DNA of 11,911 bases from Archangiaceae bacterium (GTDB lineage Bacteria; Myxococcota; Myxococcia; Myxococcales; Myxococcaceae): the NCBI GenBank assembly GCA_043750125.1, contig JAYVCD010000364.1, positions 1 to 11,911 of the forward strand, in the 5' to 3' direction. The notes beneath the pieces were generated by a model. The model was not told the origin of the DNA. It saw nothing but the letters and a program-made list of their open reading frames with translations, and made no database searches. Positions 1 through 7,359 of the stretch are shown piece by piece; positions within the stretch are counted from its first letter, which is position 1, and every line of letters starts with the position of its first letter. The position numbers and the translations under genes were made by a program.

Positions 1-1
1 T

Positions 2-1165
2 GCCCACAACCGGCCGATGTTTCGCAGCCAGGACTGGGCCCACTACCAGGCTGTGAACAAGCGGTTCGCCGACGCGGTGTGCTCGGAGGTCGACTCGGCG
101 GATCCGATCGTCCTCGTACAGGACTACCACTTCGCGCTCGCGCCCCGGCTGATCCGCCAGCGGCTGCCCCGCGCGACGGTGATCTCGTTCTGGCACATCC
201 CCTGGCCCAACGCCGAGCGCTTCGGAATCTGCCCGTGGCGCGACGAGCTGCTCGAGGGGCTGCTCGGCAGCAGCATCGTCGGCTTCCATACCCAGGCCGA
301 CTGCAACAACTTCATCGACGGCATCGACCGGTTCATGGAAGCCCGAATCGACCGGGAACAGAACGCCGTCGTCCACCTCAAGCGCAGGACGCTGGTCCGC
401 CCGTACCCCATTTCGATCGACTGGCCCAACCAGTGGGCCTCCCGCACTCCTCCGGCCGCCGAGTGTCGCGCACAGGTGTTCGCAGACTTGAAGTTGGCTC
501 CCGACGCCTTGCTTGGAGTCGGCGTCGATCGCCTCGACTACACCAAAGGGGTCGAAGAACGGCTGCTGGCGGTCGAGCAGTTGATCGAGCGCCACCCCGA
601 GTACCAGGGGCGGTTCAGCTTCGTGCAGCTCGCCGCTCCAAGCCGCACGGAAATCGAGCGCTACCAGCTGCTCAACGAGTCGATCGAGAAGGTGGCGGCG
701 CGGATCAATGGGCGGTTCGGCCACGGGGACTATCGGCCGATCATCCTCTTGCGCGCCCACCACGAGCCGCCGACGGTCTTCAAGTATTACCGGGCCGCCG
801 ACCTTTGCTACGTCAGCAGTCTCCACGACGGAATGAACCTGGTCGCGAAGGAGTTTGTCGCCGCGCGGGACGATGAGCGAGGAGTGTTGGTGCTCAGTCA
901 GTTCACCGGCGCCGCGCGCGAGCTGACCGAAGCCTTGATCGTCAACCCCTACGACCTCGACGAAGCCAGCGCCGCAATGGCGACGGCGCTGAACATGTCC
1001 CAGGACGAACAACAAGACCGGATGTCGGCGATGCGCGCCTTCGTCGCCGAGTTCAACATCTACCGCTGGGCGGGCCGGATGCTCGTGGACGCCGCCCGAC
1101 TGCGTCGGCGCGAAAGGCTGACCGGACGCTTGAGCGAGCACGGCCTGGGAGGCAACAACGTTTGA
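2..1165 (+). CDS. otsA: Trehalose-6-phosphate synthase (glycosyltransferase family 20), 5'-truncated by window edge
   Basis: The frame is open from base 2 (AHNRPMFR...). GT20 motifs are present: VQDYHF, FWHIPWP, GFHT, GVDRLDYTKG, SSLHDGMNLVAKEFVA, LVLSQFTGAA, VNPYD. The stop overlaps the otsB start (TTGA, 1162-1165). Confidence 0.95.
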   Translation, partial: AHNRPMFRSQDWAHYQAVNKRFADAVCSEVDSADPIVLVQDYHFALAPRLIRQRLPRATVISFWHIPWPNAERFGICPWRDELLEGLLGSSIVGFHTQADCNNFIDGIDRFMEARIDREQNAVVHLKRRTLVRPYPISIDWPNQWASRTPPAAECRAQVFADLKLAPDALLGVGVDRLDYTKGVEERLLAVEQLIERHPEYQGRFSFVQLAAPSRTEIERYQLLNESIEKVAARINGRFGHGDYRPIILLRAHHEPPTVFKYYRAADLCYVSSLHDGMNLVAKEFVAARDDERGVLVLSQFTGAARELTEALIVNPYDLDEASAAMATALNMSQDEQQDRMSAMRAFVAEFNIYRWAGRMLVDAARLRRRERLTGRLSEHGLGGNNV

Positions 1166-1917
1166 AGCACATTCTTGCGAGGGCCAATCGGGACCTGCTG
1201 GCCCGTTTCGCCCAGTCCCGGGTGCTGCTCGGCTTCGACTTCGACGGGACCCTGGCTCCGATCGTCACTGATCCCGGGAAGGCGGGGTTGCGGGCGAAGA
1301 CCAAGCGGCTGCTGGCGAAGGTGTGCACCGTGTATCCCTGCGTGGTGATTTCTGGGCGGGCTCAGGCCGACGTCATGGCGCGAATGCATGGGGTACGGAT
1401 CCTGGAAGTGGTCGGAAACCACGGCAGCGAGCCCTGGGCTTCGACCGATTCGTTGCTGGCCGACGTAGCGCGATGGCAACCGATCTTGAAGAAGTCGCTG
1501 GCCCACCTGCAGGGAGTGAAGATCGAGAACAAGCGCCTCTCGGTCGCGGTGCACTACCGACAGTCGCGCGCGAAGAAGAAGGTTAAAGCGGCGATCGCGA
1601 AGGCCGCGCGTGGGTTGGGAAAGGTCCGACTGATTGGCGGGAAGCAGGTGGTGAACATCTTGCCCGAGGGAGCTCCGCACAAGGGCACCGCGCTCGAGCG
1701 GGCGCGCACGACTCACGGCTGCGATACGGCGATCTTCGTCGGCGATGATGAAACCGATGAAGATGTCTTCACCCTGGGTCAGCCCCAGAAGCTCGTCACG
1801 GTTCGGGTCGGCCGCAAAGCCAGCTCGGCCGCCGCGTTCTGCCTGTCGGACCAGGCCGAAATTGACGACCTGCTTCGAGAGCTGCTCAGACTCAGGCGCA
1901 CCCGGGCCCAGGCCTGA
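1162..1917 (+). CDS. otsB: Trehalose-6-phosphate phosphatase (HAD superfamily IIB)
   Basis: HAD motif I FDFDGTLAP, motif II ISGR, GNHG, HYR, HKG, motif IV FVGDDETDEDVF. TTG start with GGGAGG Shine-Dalgarno at 1147-1152. Directly coupled to otsA. Confidence 0.95.
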   Translation: MKHILARANRDLLARFAQSRVLLGFDFDGTLAPIVTDPGKAGLRAKTKRLLAKVCTVYPCVVISGRAQADVMARMHGVRILEVVGNHGSEPWASTDSLLADVARWQPILKKSLAHLQGVKIENKRLSVAVHYRQSRAKKKVKAAIAKAARGLGKVRLIGGKQVVNILPEGAPHKGTALERARTTHGCDTAIFVGDDETDEDVFTLGQPQKLVTVRVGRKASSAAAFCLSDQAEIDDLLRELLRLRRTRAQA

Positions 1918-1927
1918 GGCCTGAAAG

Positions 1928-2740
1928 TCAGGCGGCGGTCACCACCGCGGGGGCTGCCGGACGCGAGTCAGCACTTCCCACTCGCGCCTTCAGCCGCTCG
2001 CGAAAGTCTTCGAACGGGAACAGGTCGACCTCGGCCGAGCTCATGCTCCCTTTTTCCGAATATTCGAACGGGTCGTCGATGTCGCGAATCAGGCGAATCA
2101 TGTAGACGAAAATCAGGGTGACGAACGGAACGAGAATCAGCTCGGCGAGGAAGCTCTTGAACTTCGCGAGCATCAACAGCGCGAGGACCAGCGCCGCCAG
2201 CGTCTCGAGCAAGGCGTAGCCGGCCGGAAGAAACCCCGTCCGCGAGATGACCTGAATTCGGGTGCAGGTGTTGCGAAGTTTCTTGAGCTCACCCAGGCCG
2301 TAGCTGGCCTGGAAGGCAAGGCCCTCGCGCTCGAGTCGCGCTATGACCGTGGCCAGCTGGCTCAGCTCGGTGCACATCAGGGCGTAGGTCGTCTTGCGCA
2401 ACAGCCAATCGCGAATGGCCTCGGTCGCTTTCAAGACCGAGCCCTTCATCCCCAGGGCCGAAAGCTGGGGCTTGGACACCGCCACCTGGTCGAGCAGGTC
2501 TTCAATCGCCTCGAGGTTGCCCGCCAGCTCTCCGGGCAGCTTTTCGCTCTCTTTGTAGTCGGCCATCGTGCCGGCGAGCATGAAGCCGATCAGGAAGATT
2601 CCGCCGGTGAGCACCAGGCCTACGTCTGAGAACTCGATCACCCCTTCGAATTTCAAGCCGTGCTCGAGAATCAATTTGAGCCCCAGCGCCGCGAAGACCA
2701 TCGGCAGCGTCGTCACCATCAATTTCCATTTCATCCACAT
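1928..2740 (-). CDS. Integral membrane protein, bestrophin-like / DUF4239-like topology (2 TM - helical soluble domain - 2 TM)
   Basis: Two N-terminal and two C-terminal hydrophobic segments flank a helical region. DIDDPF after the last TM resembles the (D/E)xxxPF motif of bestrophin-like proteins. The family call is by motif resemblance only. Confidence 0.6.
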   Translation of the reverse strand: MWMKWKLMVTTLPMVFAALGLKLILEHGLKFEGVIEFSDVGLVLTGGIFLIGFMLAGTMADYKESEKLPGELAGNLEAIEDLLDQVAVSKPQLSALGMKGSVLKATEAIRDWLLRKTTYALMCTELSQLATVIARLEREGLAFQASYGLGELKKLRNTCTRIQVISRTGFLPAGYALLETLAALVLALLMLAKFKSFLAELILVPFVTLIFVYMIRLIRDIDDPFEYSEKGSMSSAEVDLFPFEDFRERLKARVGSADSRPAAPAVVTAA

Positions 2741-2786
2741 CGCAAATCCCCTTCGACCTGGAAGCTCACCCGAGGTTTAGAGCAGG

Positions 2787-3500
2787 TTAACTCTCGATTT
2801 CGAAGTCTTTGGGTCCTTGCTGCGCGTGGTGCTTCAGGTACGCGCCGAAGCCCGCCCGGGAATCGAGCTTGAATTGCGGCAGCCGCGCCAGGGCTTCTTG
2901 CGCGAAGTGGTACTGCTCGATCACCAGCGAGGCGCGCTGAGCTCCCTCGGGCAGTTGTTGAACCGGCAAGACCTCGTGGGCCAGGTCCCCTCGAAAGTGG
3001 AGCAGGCCCCCTTCGTCCGGTCGAATGACGGCTTTGACCCGCCGCTCGCGCGAGATTTTCAGCTCTCCCCCGGCGGCTTGAGGCAGTCGCAGGTAGAGCA
3101 CCGTCACCGCTTCGGGAGTCGTTCCCGGAACACCCGCCTCTCGAGCCAGGGTGGTGTCGATGTGGCGGCCGATGGTTCCGCCTTCGCCCACCAGCAACAA
3201 ATTCAGGTACCAGGCGTTGGGCACCGCCACGGCTCGCTTTCGAAACCGTCCCCATCGGGACTGAAGTGCCCGCATCGCCGGCTCGCCCAGCACCCGCGCG
3301 AAGTAACCTTTGAGGGGCGGGAAGCGTTGCTCGATCTGTTCGCGCCCGGCCGCTTGAAAGGTCATCGCGAACCCGTGGCTGCGTTCGAATGGCCCGCTCA
3401 ACGTGCTGTGTGCGATGAAAGGCGAGCCGAGCAAAGCCCCTTGAATCAGCGCAAAACTTTCTGGGGGGAGACCGTGGCGAATGTAGGCGAATTCGGGCAT
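2787..3500 (-). CDS. 2-oxoglutarate/Fe(II)-dependent oxygenase
   Basis: HxD (GRHIDT), distal His (DLAHEV) and RxS (QRASLV), plus the VLYL...GGEL strand typical of the DSBH fold. ATG at 3500 (MPEFAY) is preferred over the track's GTG at 3536, which would leave only 11 bp to the divergent gene. Confidence 0.85.
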   Translation of the reverse strand: MPEFAYIRHGLPPESFALIQGALLGSPFIAHSTLSGPFERSHGFAMTFQAAGREQIEQRFPPLKGYFARVLGEPAMRALQSRWGRFRKRAVAVPNAWYLNLLLVGEGGTIGRHIDTTLAREAGVPGTTPEAVTVLYLRLPQAAGGELKISRERRVKAVIRPDEGGLLHFRGDLAHEVLPVQQLPEGAQRASLVIEQYHFAQEALARLPQFKLDSRAGFGAYLKHHAQQGPKDFEIES

Positions 3501-3547
3501 TTTCGGAAAACTTGCCGGTATAGGACGGTGCTTCACACTTGTAGCGC

Positions 3548-4507
3548 ATGCAACCCACCATCGATCGTGATCCGCGCGTCCGTTTCAAGCACCCCGTCCG
3601 GGTGGTCCCGATTGGAGGGCCGCCCCGGGCGTATCGGGTCCTCGCGAGCAATCTGTCGAAAGAAGGAATGTTCCTGCGGATGCCGACTCCGTTCGACGCC
3701 GGGACGAAGGTCGCGCTGTCGCTCGAGGCGGGAGGACGGGTGCTGCCGTTCGCCCAGGCCGAAGTGGTGTGGAAAGACCTGGAAGAGAGCAAAGCCCCCG
3801 GTCGCGGAGCCGGTTTTGCCGTTCGCTTCACCGGCTTTCTTCACCCCCGCGCCCATGAGCTCGTCGACTACCTCGTCGCGAACCTCGAGACTGGAAAGCC
3901 GCTGCGGCCTCCCGAACCGGTCTCACCCGGGCGAAAACGGCGGATCTGGATCGCCGCCGGCCTGGCTGCCGTGGTGCTCGGCGCAGGGGTGGTCGCGCGC
4001 GCGGTTCTGACCGGCGGGGACGAAACTCCGACCCCCGCGATCGTCGTGGCCGTGCCCCAGGCGGCTCCGCTCGTCGTCGAGGACAAGCTTGCCGCCCCGC
4101 CTCTGCTCGAGGCTCCCGAAGTCCTCGCCAGTCCGGTGCTCGCAGCGATCGTCGACGTGAAGCCTGAATCAGCGCCCAAAGTGGAAGTTCAATCCTGGAA
4201 AATTCCCTCGGGTTCGATTCGAGCGATGACCGCGAGTCTTCAAGGACCTCAACTCGAGTTGGTCTTGACGCTGGCGCCAGGCGCTTCGGTCACCCGCGCT
4301 TTTGCGCTGGGCCATCCGGACCGGGTGGCTTTTGACGTCCGCGGCGCGGTTCCGAAATTGAGCTACGCCCTCGCGGGCACAGGGGTCGTTTCAAAAGTGC
4401 GCGTCGGGAAACTCCCCCACGGCACCCGCATCGTCATCGACTTGTCCCGCCCCCCCGGTAGGGCAGTCGTCGTCTCGGGAACCACCGTCTTGGTCCCTCT
4501 CCGGTAG
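3548..4507 (+). CDS. PilZ-domain membrane protein with C-terminal AMIN-like domain
   Basis: N-terminal PilZ (NLSKEGMFL...AEVVW...GFAVRF). Basic RKRR is followed by a TM (IWIAAGLAAVVLGAGVVA) and a Pro/Ala-rich linker. The C-terminus has the AMIN-like pattern AFALGHPDRVAFDV...VSKVRVG...TRIVIDL. Confidence 0.8.
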   Translation: MQPTIDRDPRVRFKHPVRVVPIGGPPRAYRVLASNLSKEGMFLRMPTPFDAGTKVALSLEAGGRVLPFAQAEVVWKDLEESKAPGRGAGFAVRFTGFLHPRAHELVDYLVANLETGKPLRPPEPVSPGRKRRIWIAAGLAAVVLGAGVVARAVLTGGDETPTPAIVVAVPQAAPLVVEDKLAAPPLLEAPEVLASPVLAAIVDVKPESAPKVEVQSWKIPSGSIRAMTASLQGPQLELVLTLAPGASVTRAFALGHPDRVAFDVRGAVPKLSYALAGTGVVSKVRVGKLPHGTRIVIDLSRPPGRAVVVSGTTVLVPLR

Positions 4508-4557
4508 TGGACCGGGTGCTCCCGGCACCCCGTGCTCCCGGCACCCCGCGGGTCCAC
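4507..4557. repeat. REP-like palindromic element: 2x16-bp tandem repeat GTGCTCCCGGCACCCC inside a GTGGACC/GGTCCAC inverted repeat
   Basis: Exact units at 4516-4531 and 4532-4547. The first unit forms the hairpin GGGTGC-TCCCG-GCACCC (4514-4530). Outer arms are 4507-4513 and 4551-4557. Confidence 0.8.
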
Positions 4558-4605
4558 GGATCCACCGGTGCGATGGCCAGTGCGTAAGGTTCGCGCCCCG
4601 TCGCC

Positions 4606-5373
4606 GTGCAACTGTCGCTCCCCACACTCCTCTGGCTGATCCTCGTCGCGTTCGTCGCGGGAATCGTCGACGCGATCGCAGGCGGGGGAGGGCTGATCAC
4701 CGTTCCGGCGCTGCTCGCGGCCGGCCTTGATCCACACTTCGCGCTCGGCACCAACAAAGGCCAGGCGATCTTCGGTTCGTTCGCCTCGGTCTTCCGCTTC
4801 GCCCGTGCGGGCTTCGTCAATCCCACGCGGGCGAAGGTCACCTTTCCCCTCGGCGCGCTGGGAGCACTCGCGGGAGCCGCGCTGCTGTTGGTGCTCGACC
4901 GCAACGTCCTCAAGCCGCTGATCCTCGGATTGCTGGTCGCAGCCGGCGCCTTCGTGGCGATCAAGCGACCGGGCAACACCCCGTCCGGGCCGGTTCCTTC
5001 CAGGCCGTTGTTGATCGCCGGGCTGATCGCGGTGTCGATCGGCGCCTACGACGGATTCTTCGGACCGGGGACCGGGACCTTCTTGATCATCGCGTTCGTT
5101 TCGCTGCTTCGCGAGTCCCTTCCCAATGCGACCGGGGACGCGAAGGTGGTGAACTTCGCTTCCGGCCTCGCCACCGTCATCTTGATGGGCATCGCCGGAA
5201 AGGTCGTCTGGGCCATCGCCATCCCGATGGCCGCAGGTCAGTTCCTCGGAGGCCTGGTCGGTGCGTCGATCGCAATCAAGGGGGGCGCGCCCATCATCCG
5301 AGGTGTGGTGCTGTCGGTGGTGGCCGGTCTGGTGGCAAAGCTGGCGTTCGACCTGTTAACTCAAGGACCATGA
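4606..5373 (+). CDS. TauE/SafE (TSUP, DUF81) family sulfur-compound transporter, YfcA-like
   Basis: Very hydrophobic 255 aa protein. Both halves carry the family motifs: AGIVDAIAGGGGLITVPALL...ALGTNK and GAYDGFFGPGTGTFL...AKVVNFAS. Confidence 0.92.
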   Translation: MQLSLPTLLWLILVAFVAGIVDAIAGGGGLITVPALLAAGLDPHFALGTNKGQAIFGSFASVFRFARAGFVNPTRAKVTFPLGALGALAGAALLLVLDRNVLKPLILGLLVAAGAFVAIKRPGNTPSGPVPSRPLLIAGLIAVSIGAYDGFFGPGTGTFLIIAFVSLLRESLPNATGDAKVVNFASGLATVILMGIAGKVVWAIAIPMAAGQFLGGLVGASIAIKGGAPIIRGVVLSVVAGLVAKLAFDLLTQGP

Positions 5374-5600
5374 GCGTCACGATCACCTACTGCAGCGCCT
5401 GAGGGTATTTGGCCAAGGCTGCCCGTGCGGCGGCCGCATTGAAAGACGAACTCGGCGTGGAAGCCGAGTTGATCGTCGGACATTCGGGAATCTTCGAAGT
5501 GGCTGTGGACGGAAGCGTCGTCGTGGCCAAGACCCGGGCCGGGTTTCCGACGCCGGAGCAGGTGGTCGAATCGGTGGCGAAAGTCCTTCCCCGGACATGA
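5370..5600 (+). CDS. Rdx family (SelT/SelW/SelH) selenoprotein, 76 aa, Sec at codon 11 (UGA 5400-5402)
   Basis: ATG at 5370 overlaps the TauE stop (ATGA). It reads MSVTITYCSA-U-GYLAKAARAAAALKDELGVEAELIVGHSGIFEVAVDGSVVVAKTRAGFPTPEQVVESVAKVLPRT*. This is in frame with the track's 5409..5600 ORF. The CxxU motif, the GxFEV motif and the C-terminal GFP are Rdx signatures. Confidence 0.92.
5417..5435 (+). promoter_or_regulatory. Candidate bacterial SECIS element
   Basis: Stem GGCUGCC (5417-5423) / GGCGGCC (5429-5435), 7 bp with one G-U pair. The loop CGUGC has G as its second base and begins 21 nt after the UGA, consistent with the general bacterial SECIS model. Confidence 0.65.
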
Positions 5601-6571
5601 CAGTCATCGCGCGCCCACCGCTGGGCTTTCGGGGGCGCTTGCGTCGACGACTGGGCGCCGCAGTGACCGATGGCTTCTTTCGCGGTGCGGCGGGCTCGGC
5701 CCGGTTGCTGCCGATTTCCCAACCCTGGGTCCATGGAGTGGAAGTCGAGCGCGACGTCAAATACCGCGATTCGCATCTGGCCGAGCACACGCTCGACCTT
5801 TACCGGCCCCGCCAACGCAGCGGACCATTGCCGGTGGTGCTCTACATCCACGGCGGCGGCTTTCGCGTTTTGTCCAAAGACACCCACTGGGTCTTCGGGC
5901 TGGTGTTCGCGCGGCGCGGTTACCTGGTCGCGAGCATCAACTACCGACTGGCGCCGGGGCACGTCTTCCCAGCCGCAATCGAAGATGCGTGCAGCGCCTG
6001 GCTTTGGCTCTTGAAGAACGTCGCCCGGCTCGGCGGCGACCCGTCTCGAATCTTCATCGCGGGCGAGTCTGCCGGCGCCAACCTCTCGGCCGCCCTCACG
6101 CTGGCGACGACCTACCGGCGCCACGAGCCCTTCGCCCGCGAAGTGTTCGATGCCGGCGTGGTCCCTCGCGCGGTCGTGCCGGCCTGTGGCCTGTTCCAGG
6201 TCAGCAACCCCGAGCGCTTCAATCTCACCCCCAACAGCTTCTTGTGGGACCGGATCGCCGAGGTCACCGACGCCTACCTCCACGGAGCGTCCTTCGATCA
6301 CGAGCACGGGCTCGACCTCGCGGATCCGGTCGTCGCCTTCGAGCGGGGAGTAAAACCCGATCGGCCTTTGCCGCCTTTCTTCCTCCCTGCGGGAGGGTGG
6401 GACGTAATCAAGGGCGACTCGACCCGATTGGCCGACGCGCTCAAAGCCCTGGGTGGAACCGCCGAAGCCCGCCTCTACCCGCGCGGCCCTCACGCGTTTC
6501 ACGCCTTGGTCTTCACTCCCAGTGCGCTGCGGTGTTGGCGCGACACGTTCGAGTTTCTCGAAAACCTGTAG
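5597..6571 (+). CDS. Alpha/beta hydrolase, hormone-sensitive-lipase-like (family IV) esterase
   Basis: Oxyanion motif HGGGF, INYRLAP..FPAAIEDA, nucleophile GESAG, acid GGWD, catalytic His in GPHAF. ATG overlaps the selenoprotein stop (ATGA, 5597-5600). Confidence 0.93.
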   Translation: MTVIARPPLGFRGRLRRRLGAAVTDGFFRGAAGSARLLPISQPWVHGVEVERDVKYRDSHLAEHTLDLYRPRQRSGPLPVVLYIHGGGFRVLSKDTHWVFGLVFARRGYLVASINYRLAPGHVFPAAIEDACSAWLWLLKNVARLGGDPSRIFIAGESAGANLSAALTLATTYRRHEPFAREVFDAGVVPRAVVPACGLFQVSNPERFNLTPNSFLWDRIAEVTDAYLHGASFDHEHGLDLADPVVAFERGVKPDRPLPPFFLPAGGWDVIKGDSTRLADALKALGGTAEARLYPRGPHAFHALVFTPSALRCWRDTFEFLENL

Positions 6572-6611
6572 CACTCTGCGCTTCGCAATCGTTGCGAAGC
6601 GTGAGTGCTTT
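6571..6611 (+). terminator. Long hairpin directly after the hydrolase stop; probable terminator or 3' stabiliser of the tauE-selW-hydrolase operon
   Basis: GCACTC-T-GCGCTTCGCAA-TCG-TTGCGAAGCGT-GAGTGC forms about 17 bp with one bulge and one G-U pair. It is followed by only TTT. Confidence 0.65.
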
Positions 6612-6699
6612 CGGGTCGCGGTGCGCTTTTCGCGTTCATCGCAATTGCATGAAATGTCTCCCTCGTAGATGGGGCAGGAAAGCTGCCATTGTTCAAACC

Positions 6700-7340
6700 A
6701 TGCATGTCGTTCGGGTCGCGTTGTGTGCGTGGCTGGCTGTCGTTGTGTGCAGTACTGCAGCCACACAAACCGCACGGGAAGTGCCCGGTTTTGAGCTCGA
6801 GCATCTGACTTTCAATCCGTCTGCGAAGGCAAGTCTGTTGATCGGTACCGGCGACTTGCCGCCGGAAAGACAACTGCGTCTCGATCATCGCGCACTACCA
6901 GCACAACCCGCTGGTGCTCATTCAGTCCGGTGAGGGGCAGCGTTCGGTCGTGCGCAGCCGAGTCACCGCGCACCTGCTCGCGGCCTACTGAGAATGGGGA
7001 AGCCACCGCGACCTTCGAGTTCGGCTCAGACGACACCGGCGCCCACTACGAGTGCAGCCTCGACGGGAGCCCCTTCGAACCCTGCACATCCAGGCACAGC
7101 CTTCATTCGCTCACGTTGGGGACGCACACCCTCACTGTCCGCGCGGTGGACGCGGCCGGAAATCGTTCGGCTTCCACAACCTCCACCTGGGTCCAGGTCG
7201 AATCGACGGTGCCTTCGAAGCCGCAGCAACGGCTGGTCGGAGGAGGGTGCGGTTGCAGCGCGGTCGACCCGACTGCCTTGTTCGCTTGCCTCGGCCTGCT
7301 GTTCGTTGCTCGGCGCCGGCGGTCGTTCAGGCCACGCTGA
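6700..7340 (+). pseudogene. Frameshifted, chimeric surface-protein remnant: signal peptide + start of myxobacterial OmpA-family beta-barrel + Ig-like repeat + MYXO-CTERM-type tail
   Basis: Frame A (6700-6882): MHVVRVALCAWLAVVVCSTAATQ...PGFELEHLTFNPSAKASLLIGTGDLPPERQLRL. Frame B (6881-6991): SIIAHYQHNPLVLIQSGEGQRSVVRSRVTAHLLAAY*. Frame C (about 6987-7340): ATATFEFGSDDTGAHYECSLDGSPFEPCTS...GTHTLTVRAVDAAGN...LVGGGCGCSAVDPTALFACLGLLFVARRRR. Confidence 0.75.
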
Positions 7341-7359
7341 GGGAAGACGAATTGCGGGC

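Noticed and set aside
4516-4547. Possible CRISPR array
   Set aside because: Only two directly adjacent 16-bp units, with no spacers and no cas genes in the window.
5409-5600. 63 aa ORF with TTG start as the true gene, or the gene as a nonsense pseudogene
   Set aside because: The short form lacks the CxxU active site. The UGA falls exactly at the redox position, the upstream ATG is coupled to tauE and a SECIS-like hairpin follows, so recoding is the better explanation.
5597-5700. Tat signal in the hydrolase N-terminus (RLRRRLG)
   Set aside because: No S/T-RRxFLK consensus and no following hydrophobic h-region or clear cleavage site.
5387-6775. 462 aa minus-strand ORF
   Set aside because: Antisense shadow of the selenoprotein and hydrolase genes. 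It has no recognisable motifs, and long shadow ORFs are expected with high-GC codon bias.
6989-6991. UGA in the pseudogene as a second Sec or read-through site
   Set aside because: There is no Cys/redox context, and the downstream Ig-like sequence is in a different frame, so read-through would not join them.
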